A stretch of DNA of 64,000 bases from a virus (IMGVR_UViG_3300033073_001271:9824-73823); one strand, 5' to 3'; counted from the stretch's first letter, positions 9,630 through 19,708 are shown. The notes: generated by a model not told the origin, from the letters alone. Numbers and translations are program-made.

Positions 9630-10635
9630 TGAACTATCAGATAGAGTCCCGTCTCTAATGCAAGCCTTAAATATCGATTTTATAGAATTTCCGAATCGAG
9701 TAACTTTCCCATGTCCTATTCATGGTGGAGATAACAATGAAGGGGCTTGTATTTTTATAGATGGATCTAAAACTAAAGGTAATTGGAGGTGTTGGACCCA
9801 TTGTTGCGAAAAAGACTTTGGTCAAAATATGATTGGTTTTATCAGGGGTGTATTATCTAAAAAAGAAGGAAAAGAAATTAGCTTCTATAAAGCTCTAAAC
9901 TTTTCATTATCTTTTTTAAATAAAAAGATTCTTGATATTCCAGAAGAAAAGATTAGCGAAACTATTTACGAAATCAATAAAATCAATGAGATCGTAAATA
10001 GAAAACCAGAAAAAATCAATCTTAATCTCTCTAGAGAACAAGTCATTGAAAATTTGACAATACCATCTAATTACTATATAAATAGAGGCTATTTACCAGA
10101 AACCTTAGTGGCTTTTGATGTTGGAGAGTGTTATAATCCTAATAAGCAAATGAACAATAGAGCAGTCGTTCCAGTCTATGATATAGATGGTAGCTATGTT
10201 GGTTGCACAGGAAGAGCAATAAGTGATGACATAAAGCCCAAATGGTTTAATAGTAAGGGCTTTAAAAAAGCTCTTTATTTATATGGTATATCAGTAACTA
10301 TGCCATACATTAAACAGACAAACACAATTGTTCTTGTAGAAGGGCAGGGTGATGTTTGGAGATTGTATGAAGCTGGAATTAAAAACTGCGCTGGAATATT
10401 TGGATCTGATTTAAGTGAAGACCAGTTAGTTGCACTAGAGGAAATGTCAATCTTCAATGTTGTAATATTAACTGATACAGATGAAGCTGGTGAAAAAGCT
10501 GCCGAAAGTATAAAAAATAAAGGTGGAAGAAGATTTAATTATTATAGGCCCAAAATTTCTAAAAAAGATATTGGCGAAATGTCTATTGAAGAAATAAACA
10601 CAGAACTCAAACCTCAAATAAAAGGATTATTTTAA
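9559..10635 (+). CDS. dnaG: DNA primase (CHC2 Zn finger plus TOPRIM)
   Basis: CPIHGGDN...WRCWTHCC and TOPRIM motifs VLVEGQGD and LTDTDEAG. Probable ATG at 9559 overlaps the dnaB 3' end by 71 nt. Confidence 0.9.
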   Translation: MSLKTTTTSKYEKVSREKIYSICSELSDRVPSLMQALNIDFIEFPNRVTFPCPIHGGDNNEGACIFIDGSKTKGNWRCWTHCCEKDFGQNMIGFIRGVLSKKEGKEISFYKALNFSLSFLNKKILDIPEEKISETIYEINKINEIVNRKPEKINLNLSREQVIENLTIPSNYYINRGYLPETLVAFDVGECYNPNKQMNNRAVVPVYDIDGSYVGCTGRAISDDIKPKWFNSKGFKKALYLYGISVTMPYIKQTNTIVLVEGQGDVWRLYEAGIKNCAGIFGSDLSEDQLVALEEMSIFNVVILTDTDEAGEKAAESIKNKGGRRFNYYRPKISKKDIGEMSIEEINTELKPQIKGLF

Positions 10636-11457
10636 ATGTCAAGAATTTTAGCATTTTCTGGTAAAAAGCAGTCGGGTAAAAATACACTTTGTAATTTTCT
10701 ACATGGTTATCAACTAAAGTCATTTGGGGTAATTGACGGTTTTGAAATTACAGAAGATGGCAAACTCATTATTGATACAATGATTAAAGATGACAATGGA
10801 AAAGATCAAAGAGGAAAGGGTGAAGTTGATGTAACTCGCACTGATATTGAGTTTTCAATTTGGGCTATGGATAGCGTTTGGCCTTTCATTAAACATTATG
10901 CATTTGCCACAACATTAAAAGAAATAGCAATTGGTCTATTTGGAATTGACAGAGATTTGCTTTATGGCACTGACGAGCAGAAAAATACACTAATAAACTA
11001 CAAATGGGAAGACATGCCAACAAAGGTAAAAGGCAAATCCGGACAAATGACAGCTAGGGAATTTATCCAATATTTTGGTACAGAAGTTTGCCGTAAAATT
11101 TATCCAGATATTTGGACAGATAAAACTATTTCCGATATTACTACAGAAGAACCGCATTTTGCCGTAGTAACAGATGCAAGATTTGAAAATGAAATTAAAG
11201 CAATCCAAAATGCAGGTGGCAAGGTAATTAGACTTACGAGAACTGTAGATGATGAAGATGCCCATGCTAGCGAACTAGCCCTCGATAGTTACGATGGTTT
11301 TGATGGAGTTATAGACACACAAAACCTTAACATACAAGAGTCGTGTGTCAAACTACTAGAACTGATGGATGGATGGGGATGGTTCTCTAACGAAATAGTC
11401 ATACCTCCTAGACGCGAATCTTTTGATCGCAAGAAGAACGTAACAACTATTAAATGA
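10636..11457 (+). CDS. Deoxynucleoside monophosphate kinase (T4 gp1-like)
   Basis: AFSGKKQSGKNT P-loop, AFATTLKE, REFIQYFGTEVCR and VTDARFENE. Confidence 0.85.
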   Translation: MSRILAFSGKKQSGKNTLCNFLHGYQLKSFGVIDGFEITEDGKLIIDTMIKDDNGKDQRGKGEVDVTRTDIEFSIWAMDSVWPFIKHYAFATTLKEIAIGLFGIDRDLLYGTDEQKNTLINYKWEDMPTKVKGKSGQMTAREFIQYFGTEVCRKIYPDIWTDKTISDITTEEPHFAVVTDARFENEIKAIQNAGGKVIRLTRTVDDEDAHASELALDSYDGFDGVIDTQNLNIQESCVKLLELMDGWGWFSNEIVIPPRRESFDRKKNVTTIK

Positions 11458-12485
11458 TCACTACATATTTTAGAAGTTCCAGTTTAAATAACTGGAAATA
11501 TTGCGAGCTGCAATATTTTATGACGTATGTTCTTGGTCACTACTCGCCTTCAGGTAAAAAAGCAGACTTAGGAACTATTACTCATGCGGTGTTTGAAACA
11601 CTAGCTATTTGCAAAAAGAGAACTCAGTTTAATAAAAGAAATACAATGAAAGTCACTCAAGAACCCTTGGGTGATTTTTCTTTCACAGATAGTGAATTAT
11701 ATACTGATGATTTTGTGAATTACATATTGGGTCGTAGTTTTGATTATTATCAAAAAAATTGCACCCATAATAATTTTACGCAAAAAGATTATGAATTTTG
11801 TTATAAAATGGTATGGGATACGCTTGCTTATAACAAAGGACAGTTTGATCCGCGCAACCGTAAAATTATAGACACAGAACCTCATTTTGATATACCAATT
11901 AATGAAAGCTGGGCAAAATTTGATTATACGTTGCCATCAGGTGAAAAATTATCTGGAAATCTGGCAATAAAAGGCACAATCGACCTTGTAACTGAGCTAG
12001 AGGATGGTACAATTGAGGTAATCGACTGGAAAACGGGCCAAAGGCTAGACTGGGCAACGGGCGAAAAGAAAGATTATGATAAGCTCATGAAAGATACTCA
12101 ACTATTGCTATATCATTATGCAATTAGTAAAATGTATCCTAAACATAGACATTCTATCATGACTATTTTCTTTTGTAGAGACGGTGGACCATTCTCATTA
12201 GCTTTTGACAAAGAAGATGATGCTAATTTTATAAAGTATCTAGAAAAAATGTTTAAAGAGATTGTATCTAATCAAACTCCAAAACCAGTTTCTAGAGAAA
12301 GAAGTAGTTTTAAGTGTCAAAAACTTTGTCATTATTATAAAACTAATTGGCCCGGAACAGACACTACAATGTGTCACTATGTTGAAGATCAACTAAAAAC
12401 TATAGGAATGCACGAAACGGTTAAGAATTGTTCTAAACCGGGGTTCACAATTGGAAAATATAAAGATCCGGGGGCGGTTGAATGA
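11454..12485 (+). CDS. PD-(D/E)XK exonuclease (RecB/Cas4-like)
   Basis: SSS..W..C, GTITH..FE, GTIDLV, IDWKTG and QLLLY motifs, with C-terminal Cys residues (KCQKLC...MC). Confidence 0.85.
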   Translation: MITTYFRSSSLNNWKYCELQYFMTYVLGHYSPSGKKADLGTITHAVFETLAICKKRTQFNKRNTMKVTQEPLGDFSFTDSELYTDDFVNYILGRSFDYYQKNCTHNNFTQKDYEFCYKMVWDTLAYNKGQFDPRNRKIIDTEPHFDIPINESWAKFDYTLPSGEKLSGNLAIKGTIDLVTELEDGTIEVIDWKTGQRLDWATGEKKDYDKLMKDTQLLLYHYAISKMYPKHRHSIMTIFFCRDGGPFSLAFDKEDDANFIKYLEKMFKEIVSNQTPKPVSRERSSFKCQKLCHYYKTNWPGTDTTMCHYVEDQLKTIGMHETVKNCSKPGFTIGKYKDPGAVE

Positions 12486-14092
12486 GGATACCAGCTATTA
12501 CTACTCACTATTCATTATTAAAAGGGTTTATCAAACCCGATGAAGCAGCTAAGAAATGTAAAGAGCTTGGCTACACACATTGTCTACTAGCTGACGATAA
12601 TTTAAGTGGTGTTGTAGACTTTTTTAGCTGTATGAAAAAAGAGGGTATAGTTCCCATCATTGGCTGGAAAGCTGATGGTGGTTACTATATCGCAAAAACT
12701 TTATTAGGATATAAACTTCTAATCAAACTTGTGTCAGGAGAAAATATAGTTTATACTGATAAAGACCTCCAGTTCTATAACGAAGGTGAGCTTTATTTAA
12801 TGGAGGTTTGTTATGCTGAAGAAAAAGACGCTATTCTTCACAGAATTGTACTTTGCTCAGGTTTAAAAACGACTCTTAAAAAATCAAAAGAAGCTAACCT
12901 TGGTGAATTCAAGAAATATTTTGACTCAAGCGGTTACTATTTTAAATCAAAAGATACCTTAATAACTAGAGATTACTCTAATAATAATAAGCTAATTTTA
13001 TCTTTGGAAGATTATACAATTTTTTCTAAGCCAAAATTACCAAAGGTTGATTGCGGAGGAATCCCAGAAGATGAATATTTAACCGAACTATGTCGCCAAG
13101 GTTGGCGTAAAAAATTGATGCACCTAAAAGGGGAGCAAAAGCAACAATATGCAGATCGTATAAAATATGAGCTATCTATTATTAATGGATTTGGACTGTC
13201 TGGTTACTTTTTAATTGTGCAAGACATTATTGATTTTGTACGAAGAAATGGATGGTTGCCGGGTCCGGGACGGGGTAGTGCAGGTGGATGCTTAGTTTCA
13301 TATTTATTGGGAATTATTGATATTGATCCATTGAAATATGATTTACTATTTTCAAGATTTTTAAATGCTGGTAGATTTAGCAAAGACAATATATCATTAC
13401 CAGATATTGATATGGACGTACCTTCTATTTATCGCGATGAAATTATTGAATATATCAAAAATAAATATGGCAAAGATCGTGTATATCAAATGATTACTCT
13501 TGGTCGTCTTCAAGGTAGATCAGCAGTAAAAGAAGTTGCAAGAGTTTATGGCAATATTTCTTATACAGAACTAAATGAACTAACTAAGAGTTTACCCCAA
13601 GAAGCGTCTATTTCAGACGAGTTAGAGGAAATGGATGTGAAGTCGGTGATTCTATGGACATTAGAAGATGACAGAAGAAAAGAATCTGAAATGATCGCAT
13701 CTAGAGAAAAACTAAAACAACTTTTGATAGCTGAGGGGGGATTGAGCGATAGCGAGATAGATACAGCATTAACGAATAAAATTCCAGACAAGAGAAAGCT
13801 GCATAAATGGTGTAAGATAGATCAAGATGGCAATCTTTCTGGGGAGTTGTCAGATTTGTTTGATTTGGCTATAAGAATAGAAGGAACTTATAAAAGTCAA
13901 GGAAAGCACCCAGCCGGTGTGATTATATCAAATGAGGATTTAATCAATGACGCTCCATTAATTAAAGATAAAAATGGAGATAATATTGTAGGATTTGAAA
14001 TGTCTGATCTTGATAAAGTCGGACTGACTAAGTTTGACGTTCTTGGTATTAACTTATTAGATAAGATTATGGAAATTACAAATGACGAATGA
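12482..14092 (+). CDS. dnaE: DNA polymerase III alpha (DnaE), N-terminal half: shortened PHP plus catalytic palm
   Basis: HYSLLKG, GPGRGSAGGCLVSYLLGI, LLFSRFLN, PDIDMD, GKHPAGVII and KFDVLG. The ORF stops just after the last of these. Confidence 0.93.
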   Translation: MRIPAITTHYSLLKGFIKPDEAAKKCKELGYTHCLLADDNLSGVVDFFSCMKKEGIVPIIGWKADGGYYIAKTLLGYKLLIKLVSGENIVYTDKDLQFYNEGELYLMEVCYAEEKDAILHRIVLCSGLKTTLKKSKEANLGEFKKYFDSSGYYFKSKDTLITRDYSNNNKLILSLEDYTIFSKPKLPKVDCGGIPEDEYLTELCRQGWRKKLMHLKGEQKQQYADRIKYELSIINGFGLSGYFLIVQDIIDFVRRNGWLPGPGRGSAGGCLVSYLLGIIDIDPLKYDLLFSRFLNAGRFSKDNISLPDIDMDVPSIYRDEIIEYIKNKYGKDRVYQMITLGRLQGRSAVKEVARVYGNISYTELNELTKSLPQEASISDELEEMDVKSVILWTLEDDRRKESEMIASREKLKQLLIAEGGLSDSEIDTALTNKIPDKRKLHKWCKIDQDGNLSGELSDLFDLAIRIEGTYKSQGKHPAGVIISNEDLINDAPLIKDKNGDNIVGFEMSDLDKVGLTKFDVLGINLLDKIMEITNDE

Positions 14093-14309
14093 AAAGTTTT
14101 TGGATTATGCTACAGTAATTAGAGATGGTAATGATATTGACTATAAAGATTTGAGTTTATCAGATCTAAGGAATCATGTACCTTGGTACAGAGGAAGGAA
14201 AGCTGGAATTTATCAGGTACACAATAATAAATTTTCTCAAATATATCACGATTTGAACGAAGCAATCACAAAGTTTATTGAATTGAGAGGAACATATGGC
14301 TCTAAATAA
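14082..14309 (+). CDS. Hypothetical protein between the DnaE halves
   Basis: 75-aa ORF overlapping both neighbours. Confidence 0.55.
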   Translation: MTNEKFLDYATVIRDGNDIDYKDLSLSDLRNHVPWYRGRKAGIYQVHNNKFSQIYHDLNEAITKFIELRGTYGSK

Positions 14310-15003
14310 TGGTCGGGATTATATTGTATTTGACTTTGAAACTGGTGGCAGAAATCCAAACAAATGTCAATTGACGCAAATTTCAGCTATTGTGCTTCAT
14401 GGTAAAAAGTTGACTCTCCAGCCCGGTGGAGTCTTCGACATCGAAGTAAGGCCCGAATTTGACGACGAGAAGGCTATTGCAGCAGGCTTTGATCCAGTTG
14501 AACAGGGCGCTTTGGATGTTACCAGAAAAACACGGGAACAGCTTGAAAAAGCGGTTGGACCAAAAGTTGCATGGCAACAATTTAGCGCATTTGTTAATAA
14601 ATTTAATATGAAGGGATCTCCGTACTTTGCTCCTATTCCAGTTGGATTCAATATCAACAACTTTGATATGCCAATCATCAATCGATATTGTAATCTATAT
14701 GGCCCAAAGGATGAGAAGAATGACAAACAAAAGCTAGTTCATCAAATTTATAAAGTAGATATGATGGATGTTTTATTTGGGTGGTTTGAGGATAATGACG
14801 CAGTACAAAAGTTGAATATGGATTATTTACGTGGGTTTTTTGGGTTCTCAGAAGAGAGCAAAGCTAATGCACACAACGCTCTATCAGATGTTGTTGACAC
14901 TGCAAATATTTTTATTCGCTTTATGAAATATCATCGTAAACTAAATAGCAAAACCACATTTGAAAAATCTTTTGCCAATTCTCCTATGGATATTGTACTA
15001 TAA
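14296..15003 (+). CDS. dnaQ: DEDDh 3'-5' exonuclease (DnaQ/epsilon-like)
   Basis: ExoI IVFDFETGG, ExoII GFNINNFDMPII and ExoIII AHNALSDV. Confidence 0.88.
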   Translation: MALNNGRDYIVFDFETGGRNPNKCQLTQISAIVLHGKKLTLQPGGVFDIEVRPEFDDEKAIAAGFDPVEQGALDVTRKTREQLEKAVGPKVAWQQFSAFVNKFNMKGSPYFAPIPVGFNINNFDMPIINRYCNLYGPKDEKNDKQKLVHQIYKVDMMDVLFGWFEDNDAVQKLNMDYLRGFFGFSEESKANAHNALSDVVDTANIFIRFMKYHRKLNSKTTFEKSFANSPMDIVL

Positions 15004-15019
15004 AAATAAAGGACATTTA

Positions 15020-16621
15020 ATGGTTGCCATTAAAGATATCAAAAATTTTGATGATGAAGCGACTTGGAATTTGATTTGCAGCGGTAAGACAAAGGGTATT
15101 TTTCAATTAGAGTCGGGTCTTGGTTCTGTTTGGGCCAAAAGATCACAACCTCGTAGTATTGAAGAGTTGGCCGACCTTGTATCTATTATTCGTCCGGGAA
15201 CGCTAGAGGCTGAACTGGACGGCAAATCAATGACCAAGCACTACACAGACCGAAAAGCTAAAATTGATGAGACTAAATATCTTGATCCGGCGCTAGAACC
15301 GATTCTTAATAAAACTTATGGTATTATTGTATACCAAGAGCAAGCTATGCGTATCGCTACTGATATTGCGGGGTTTACACCAGAAGAGGCTGACTCATTG
15401 CGTAAAGCTATGGGTAAAAAGGATGCGGCTCTTATGCAGGAAATTAGAACTAAGTTTATTAATGGCTGCAAATCTAAAAACATTGTTACCGATCAGTCAG
15501 CAGCGCAAATCTTTGATTGGATTCAAGCGTCAGCGCGATATTCATTCAATAAAAGCCATGCTGTTGCTTATGCTATTAACGCATTTGGATCTGCTTATTG
15601 TAAAGCCCACGATCCACTAAAATTCTTTGAAGTTTATCTGAACAATGCTTGTCACAAGCCAGAAAAACAGATTGAAATTAAAGAATTGATTATGGATGCC
15701 AAATATCATGGCATAGAAGTCCTGCCACCAAGGTTGGACTTTTTTTATCGTAGATTTACAATGAACAGGGATAAGAATGTAATCTATTTTGGTTATAGTA
15801 ATGTTAAACATGTTGGAGAGGGTGAGCAAGAAACATTAGCTAAAGTTGTCAGTGACGCTGAAAAGATTTGCAAAAAACCTATTAATCAATTTAATTGGCT
15901 TGATTGTTTATTTTTGATAGGCAATGAGATTAAAAAGAATGCATTCATATCAATTATTAGCGTTGGAGGTTTAACCGGAAAAAACAACCAAATATCAAGA
16001 AATAGAATGATATTTGAGTTTGAGAATTGGAATAGATTATCTCCAAAAGAACAAGAGTGGATGTTAAATTATTGGCGACATACTACAAATATGGCTAATG
16101 ATTCTTTTGTAAATTTAGTTAATTTAATGATTAATAACAATCCAAAAATTACATCGTCTAGAATGAAATCTGTGATTGATATTTATCAAACATTACAAAA
16201 TCCTCCATATTCATTGGAAGATGATCACTCTTGGATAGCTGATATTGAACAGAAACTGATGGGATGCGCTTTAACATGCTCTAAAACTGACATCGTTAAT
16301 ACAAATTTACCATATGAAGTAAATGTAACATGTTCAGAAATTTCAAAGGGTGAAATTAAAGGAATGCAAGACGCTTGTATTGCAGTTACACTAAATGAAG
16401 TTAAGGAATATACAATTACAAGAGGCAAGTCTATAGGAAAAACTATGGCTTTTATTAAAGCAGAAGATGGTACAGGAGAACTTGATTCTATCACTTTATT
16501 TTCCGAAGAATTTGAGAAAAATAAGAAGTTGCTTTTTGAAGGAAATACGGTATTATTATTAGGAGAGATACAAGAGAGAAAAGACAAATCGCTTGTAGTT
16601 AAGGAAGTTTTTCAAATTTAG
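15020..16621 (+). CDS. dnaE: DNA polymerase III alpha (DnaE), C-terminal half: fingers, HhH, OB fold
   Basis: GIFQLES, VSIIRPG, ILNKTYGIIVYQEQ, ADSLRKAMGKK, YSFNKSHAVAYA and OB MAFIKAEDGTG. Own AAGGA RBS before ATG 15020. Confidence 0.93.
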   Translation: MVAIKDIKNFDDEATWNLICSGKTKGIFQLESGLGSVWAKRSQPRSIEELADLVSIIRPGTLEAELDGKSMTKHYTDRKAKIDETKYLDPALEPILNKTYGIIVYQEQAMRIATDIAGFTPEEADSLRKAMGKKDAALMQEIRTKFINGCKSKNIVTDQSAAQIFDWIQASARYSFNKSHAVAYAINAFGSAYCKAHDPLKFFEVYLNNACHKPEKQIEIKELIMDAKYHGIEVLPPRLDFFYRRFTMNRDKNVIYFGYSNVKHVGEGEQETLAKVVSDAEKICKKPINQFNWLDCLFLIGNEIKKNAFISIISVGGLTGKNNQISRNRMIFEFENWNRLSPKEQEWMLNYWRHTTNMANDSFVNLVNLMINNNPKITSSRMKSVIDIYQTLQNPPYSLEDDHSWIADIEQKLMGCALTCSKTDIVNTNLPYEVNVTCSEISKGEIKGMQDACIAVTLNEVKEYTITRGKSIGKTMAFIKAEDGTGELDSITLFSEEFEKNKKLLFEGNTVLLLGEIQERKDKSLVVKEVFQI

Positions 16622-16634
16622 GAGTTTTGATTTT

Positions 16635-16967
16635 ATGAATTGTTGTCACTTTGTAGGAAAATTGGCTGCTGATCCAGATTTGCGAGAAGTTAACGGAACG
16701 TATGTTGTTAATTTTTCATTAGCGGTAGAAGATTACCGTAAGGATAAAAACGGGGAAAAGCATCGCCAAGTTAATTTTTTAGATTTTGAAGCATGGGACA
16801 CAGGAGCAACAACTATCGCTAAATACTTTAAAAAGGGCGATATGTTGATTATTGATTCTGAAGCTAGACAGCATAAGTGGGTTTCAAATGAACAACAACG
16901 AAAGAAAATTGTCTTTCGTGTAAAAACATTTAAATCGGCTGTACAAAGACCAGAATTAGAAGGATAA
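16635..16967 (+). CDS. ssb: Single-stranded DNA-binding protein (OB fold only)
   Basis: MN..HFVGKLAADP, NFSLAV, FLDFEAW and YFKKGD motifs. AGGAG RBS. Confidence 0.9.
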   Translation: MNCCHFVGKLAADPDLREVNGTYVVNFSLAVEDYRKDKNGEKHRQVNFLDFEAWDTGATTIAKYFKKGDMLIIDSEARQHKWVSNEQQRKKIVFRVKTFKSAVQRPELEG

Positions 16968-16970
16968 CAT

Positions 16971-18623
16971 ATGAGAAAGAAGAAAATTCTCTTTGTAACG
17001 GAGGCTTCATTCCATCCGACAGGATATTCTGTCTATACTAAAGAAGTATTGACAAGATTAAATAAATATCCAGAATTTGAAGTTGCCGAATTGGCATCTT
17101 TTACTGGTCCAGAGTCACCAGAATTAAAAGATATACCTTGGAAAGTCTATCCAAATATTCCAGCAGCAAATAATGAGTATTTTCATCAAATCTATAACTC
17201 TTCTATGAGTAATAAATTTGGAGAATTCGCTTTTAATCACGTTGTTCTTGATTTTGAACCAGACTTCGTGATGGATATTAGGGACTGGTGGATGTTGGAA
17301 TTTGAAGAAAGGTCTCCATTTAGACCATTTTTTAATTGGGCTATCATGCCAACAGTAGACGCAGAGCCGCAAAATGCCACTTGGATGGATACATACTCAT
17401 CTGCCGATGCAGTTTTTGCGTATTCTGAATTTGGAAGAGATACGATGCTAAAACAGCATAGCGATATCAAGTTTGTTGATATTGCATCTCCATGTGCAAG
17501 CAATAGTTTCTTTCCGGTAAAAGATAAGACATTTTTACGGAAAACCTTTGGCGTTCCCGAAAACGCAATAATTTTTGGAACTGTGATGCGAAATCAACGA
17601 AGAAAATTATATGCAGATCTATTTAAATCATTTAAACTATTTTTAGATCAAAATCCACTTCTCACAAACTGTTATTTATATTGCCATACGACATATCCGG
17701 ACGTTGGATGGGACATTCCAGAGCTAATTAAAGCTAATGGACTATCTTCTAAAGTTTTGATGACGTATAAATGCAGAGGCTGTGGAAAAGTAGACTCTAG
17801 AATATTTAGTGACGCTGTAGCATTTTGCCCCGTATGTAATGCATTCTCATCTGCTTTGGTTGGAATTAGCAATAAAATAGATGAAGTGGAATTAAATAGA
17901 GTATATAATTTATTTGATGTATATATTCAATGGGCAAATAGCGAAGGATGGGGAATGCCCCAGCTAGAAGCAGCATATGCAGGACTTCCGGTTATATCGG
18001 TAAATTATTCTGCGATGGAATCACTAATTGCAAATATCCAAGGCATCGGAATTAAACCCCTATCTTTCTATAAAGAGCTTGAAACGGGGTGCAATAGAGC
18101 TGTTCCAGACAATCAAAAATTAGCAGATACAATTAAAATGCTTGCAACTGATCAATCAAAAAGATCATATATAGCAAATAAATGCTACACTAATTCTAAA
18201 AAAATATATAACTGGGATTATACTGCTGAAACTTGGGCTAAATATTTCAAATCTACACCAGTTAGAGATAGATCTGAAACTTGGGCATCGCCTTCTAGAG
18301 TGTTTAATCCACCAAGAGAATTGCCAAAAGAATTAAATAATTTACCGCCAGCAGATCAAGTTAATTGGTTATTTTATAATGTTTTAAATATGCCACATTT
18401 GGTTAATAAATCTATGTGGAGAAGAATGTTAAAAGATTTAACCTATAGAAGTTCTGTAACTTCATCAATTCCGGGATATTATTATAATGATTTCTCACAT
18501 CCAGACTTGGAAAAAAGGTATGAAGAATTTAATATTGAAAAAGCATTTAACACATGTTTAAATATGCGAAACGCTTTTAATCAATGGGAAATTAGACGAT
18601 TAGAAATGATTGGGAAAAAATGA
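16971..18623 (+). CDS. GT-B (GT4-like) glycosyltransferase with zinc-ribbon insertion
   Basis: KILFVT..S..PTGY, GTVMRNQRRK, YNLFDVY, SEGWGMPQLEAAYAGLPVI, and CRGC...CPVC insertion. Confidence 0.88.
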   Translation: MRKKKILFVTEASFHPTGYSVYTKEVLTRLNKYPEFEVAELASFTGPESPELKDIPWKVYPNIPAANNEYFHQIYNSSMSNKFGEFAFNHVVLDFEPDFVMDIRDWWMLEFEERSPFRPFFNWAIMPTVDAEPQNATWMDTYSSADAVFAYSEFGRDTMLKQHSDIKFVDIASPCASNSFFPVKDKTFLRKTFGVPENAIIFGTVMRNQRRKLYADLFKSFKLFLDQNPLLTNCYLYCHTTYPDVGWDIPELIKANGLSSKVLMTYKCRGCGKVDSRIFSDAVAFCPVCNAFSSALVGISNKIDEVELNRVYNLFDVYIQWANSEGWGMPQLEAAYAGLPVISVNYSAMESLIANIQGIGIKPLSFYKELETGCNRAVPDNQKLADTIKMLATDQSKRSYIANKCYTNSKKIYNWDYTAETWAKYFKSTPVRDRSETWASPSRVFNPPRELPKELNNLPPADQVNWLFYNVLNMPHLVNKSMWRRMLKDLTYRSSVTSSIPGYYYNDFSHPDLEKRYEEFNIEKAFNTCLNMRNAFNQWEIRRLEMIGKK

Positions 18624-19708
18624 AAATACAATATATTGGAAATTTTACCGATGGAACAGGATGGGCTAAAGCGTCAACATACAATGCGTTGGCGCTATCA
18701 TCCGCAGGATATGATATATATTGCAAAGAAGTAAAATATAATAAAAATAAAGTTATTCTTGAAGAACAAATTCTAGAATTACTAGCTAAAGAATCCACAA
18801 ATTTTGATGTTGTGGTACAGCACGTTTTACCAAAAGACTATCAATATTTTGGCGGTGTGAAGAACGTTGGGTTTGTTGCTTTAGAGTCAATCATATTAAC
18901 TAATGTGGTCTGGCTTAAAAATTTAAATATGATGGATGAGATATGGGTTCCAAATAAAGAGTCTAGAGATTGTTTATTTAACTCTGGAATAGCAGTTGAG
19001 AAGATTAAAATCCTTCCTCATACATTTAACTATTCTAAAATAACCAACTCTAATAATCCAGCCTCAATCTCTCAACTAAATAATACATTTAATTTTGTAT
19101 TTATAGGGGAGTTTTGTAAGAGAAAGAATCTAGAGGCTTTACTAAGGGCTTTTCACGGGGAATTTGACTACGTTGAGCCGGTAAATTTATTTATTAAAAC
19201 GTCATCTAATATAGAAACTCTTAATGAGTTTAGAACAGACGTGCGAAAAAGAATGAAACTAGGGAGTCGTTATAAAGAAGAAGTTATCGTATGCGACTAT
19301 TTACAGGAAGACATTTTAACTGCAATAACAAAGCAGTGTCATGCGTTTGTAATGCCTAGCTACGGTGAAGCGTGGTGCTATCCAGCGATGGAAGCAATGG
19401 CTTTGGGCCTACCTGTAATTTATACATCTGATATAGGAATTAAAGATTATTCTGGGAATGGTTTGGGTTTTCCTGTAGTATCAGAGGTATCATACTGCTA
19501 TGGGGCGACAGATACTTTTGAAGATATTTATACATCACGAGATTTATGGAGAGAAATCTCTGTGCCAGATCTTCAGATGAATATGAGAAAGGTTTTTGAG
19601 TTATATAATTCTCATCAGGAAAAATACAACAGTCTTTCTGAAAAAATCAAAGAAACTATTAAATATTACGACTTTAGAAACGCAGAAATAGCCAAAGGAC
19701 TTATATGA
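18620..19708 (+). CDS. GT-B (GT4-like) glycosyltransferase
   Basis: MDEIWVPN, FVFIGEFCKRKNLEALLRAF and FVMPSYGEAWCYPAMEAMALGLPVI. Confidence 0.9.
   Translation: MKIQYIGNFTDGTGWAKASTYNALALSSAGYDIYCKEVKYNKNKVILEEQILELLAKESTNFDVVVQHVLPKDYQYFGGVKNVGFVALESIILTNVVWLKNLNMMDEIWVPNKESRDCLFNSGIAVEKIKILPHTFNYSKITNSNNPASISQLNNTFNFVFIGEFCKRKNLEALLRAFHGEFDYVEPVNLFIKTSSNIETLNEFRTDVRKRMKLGSRYKEEVIVCDYLQEDILTAITKQCHAFVMPSYGEAWCYPAMEAMALGLPVIYTSDIGIKDYSGNGLGFPVVSEVSYCYGATDTFEDIYTSRDLWREISVPDLQMNMRKVFELYNSHQEKYNSLSEKIKETIKYYDFRNAEIAKGLI

Noticed and set aside
11454-12485. Cas4 of a CRISPR-Cas system
   Set aside because: No cas1/cas2 or array. Stand-alone Cas4/RecB-like nucleases are common in phage replication modules.
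14040-15080. Split intein or group I intron joining the DnaE halves
   Set aside because: No Cys/Ser-initiated N-intein after the N-half and no His-Asn/Cys junction in the C-half. The gap is fully occupied by coupled ORFs and the C-half has its own RBS.
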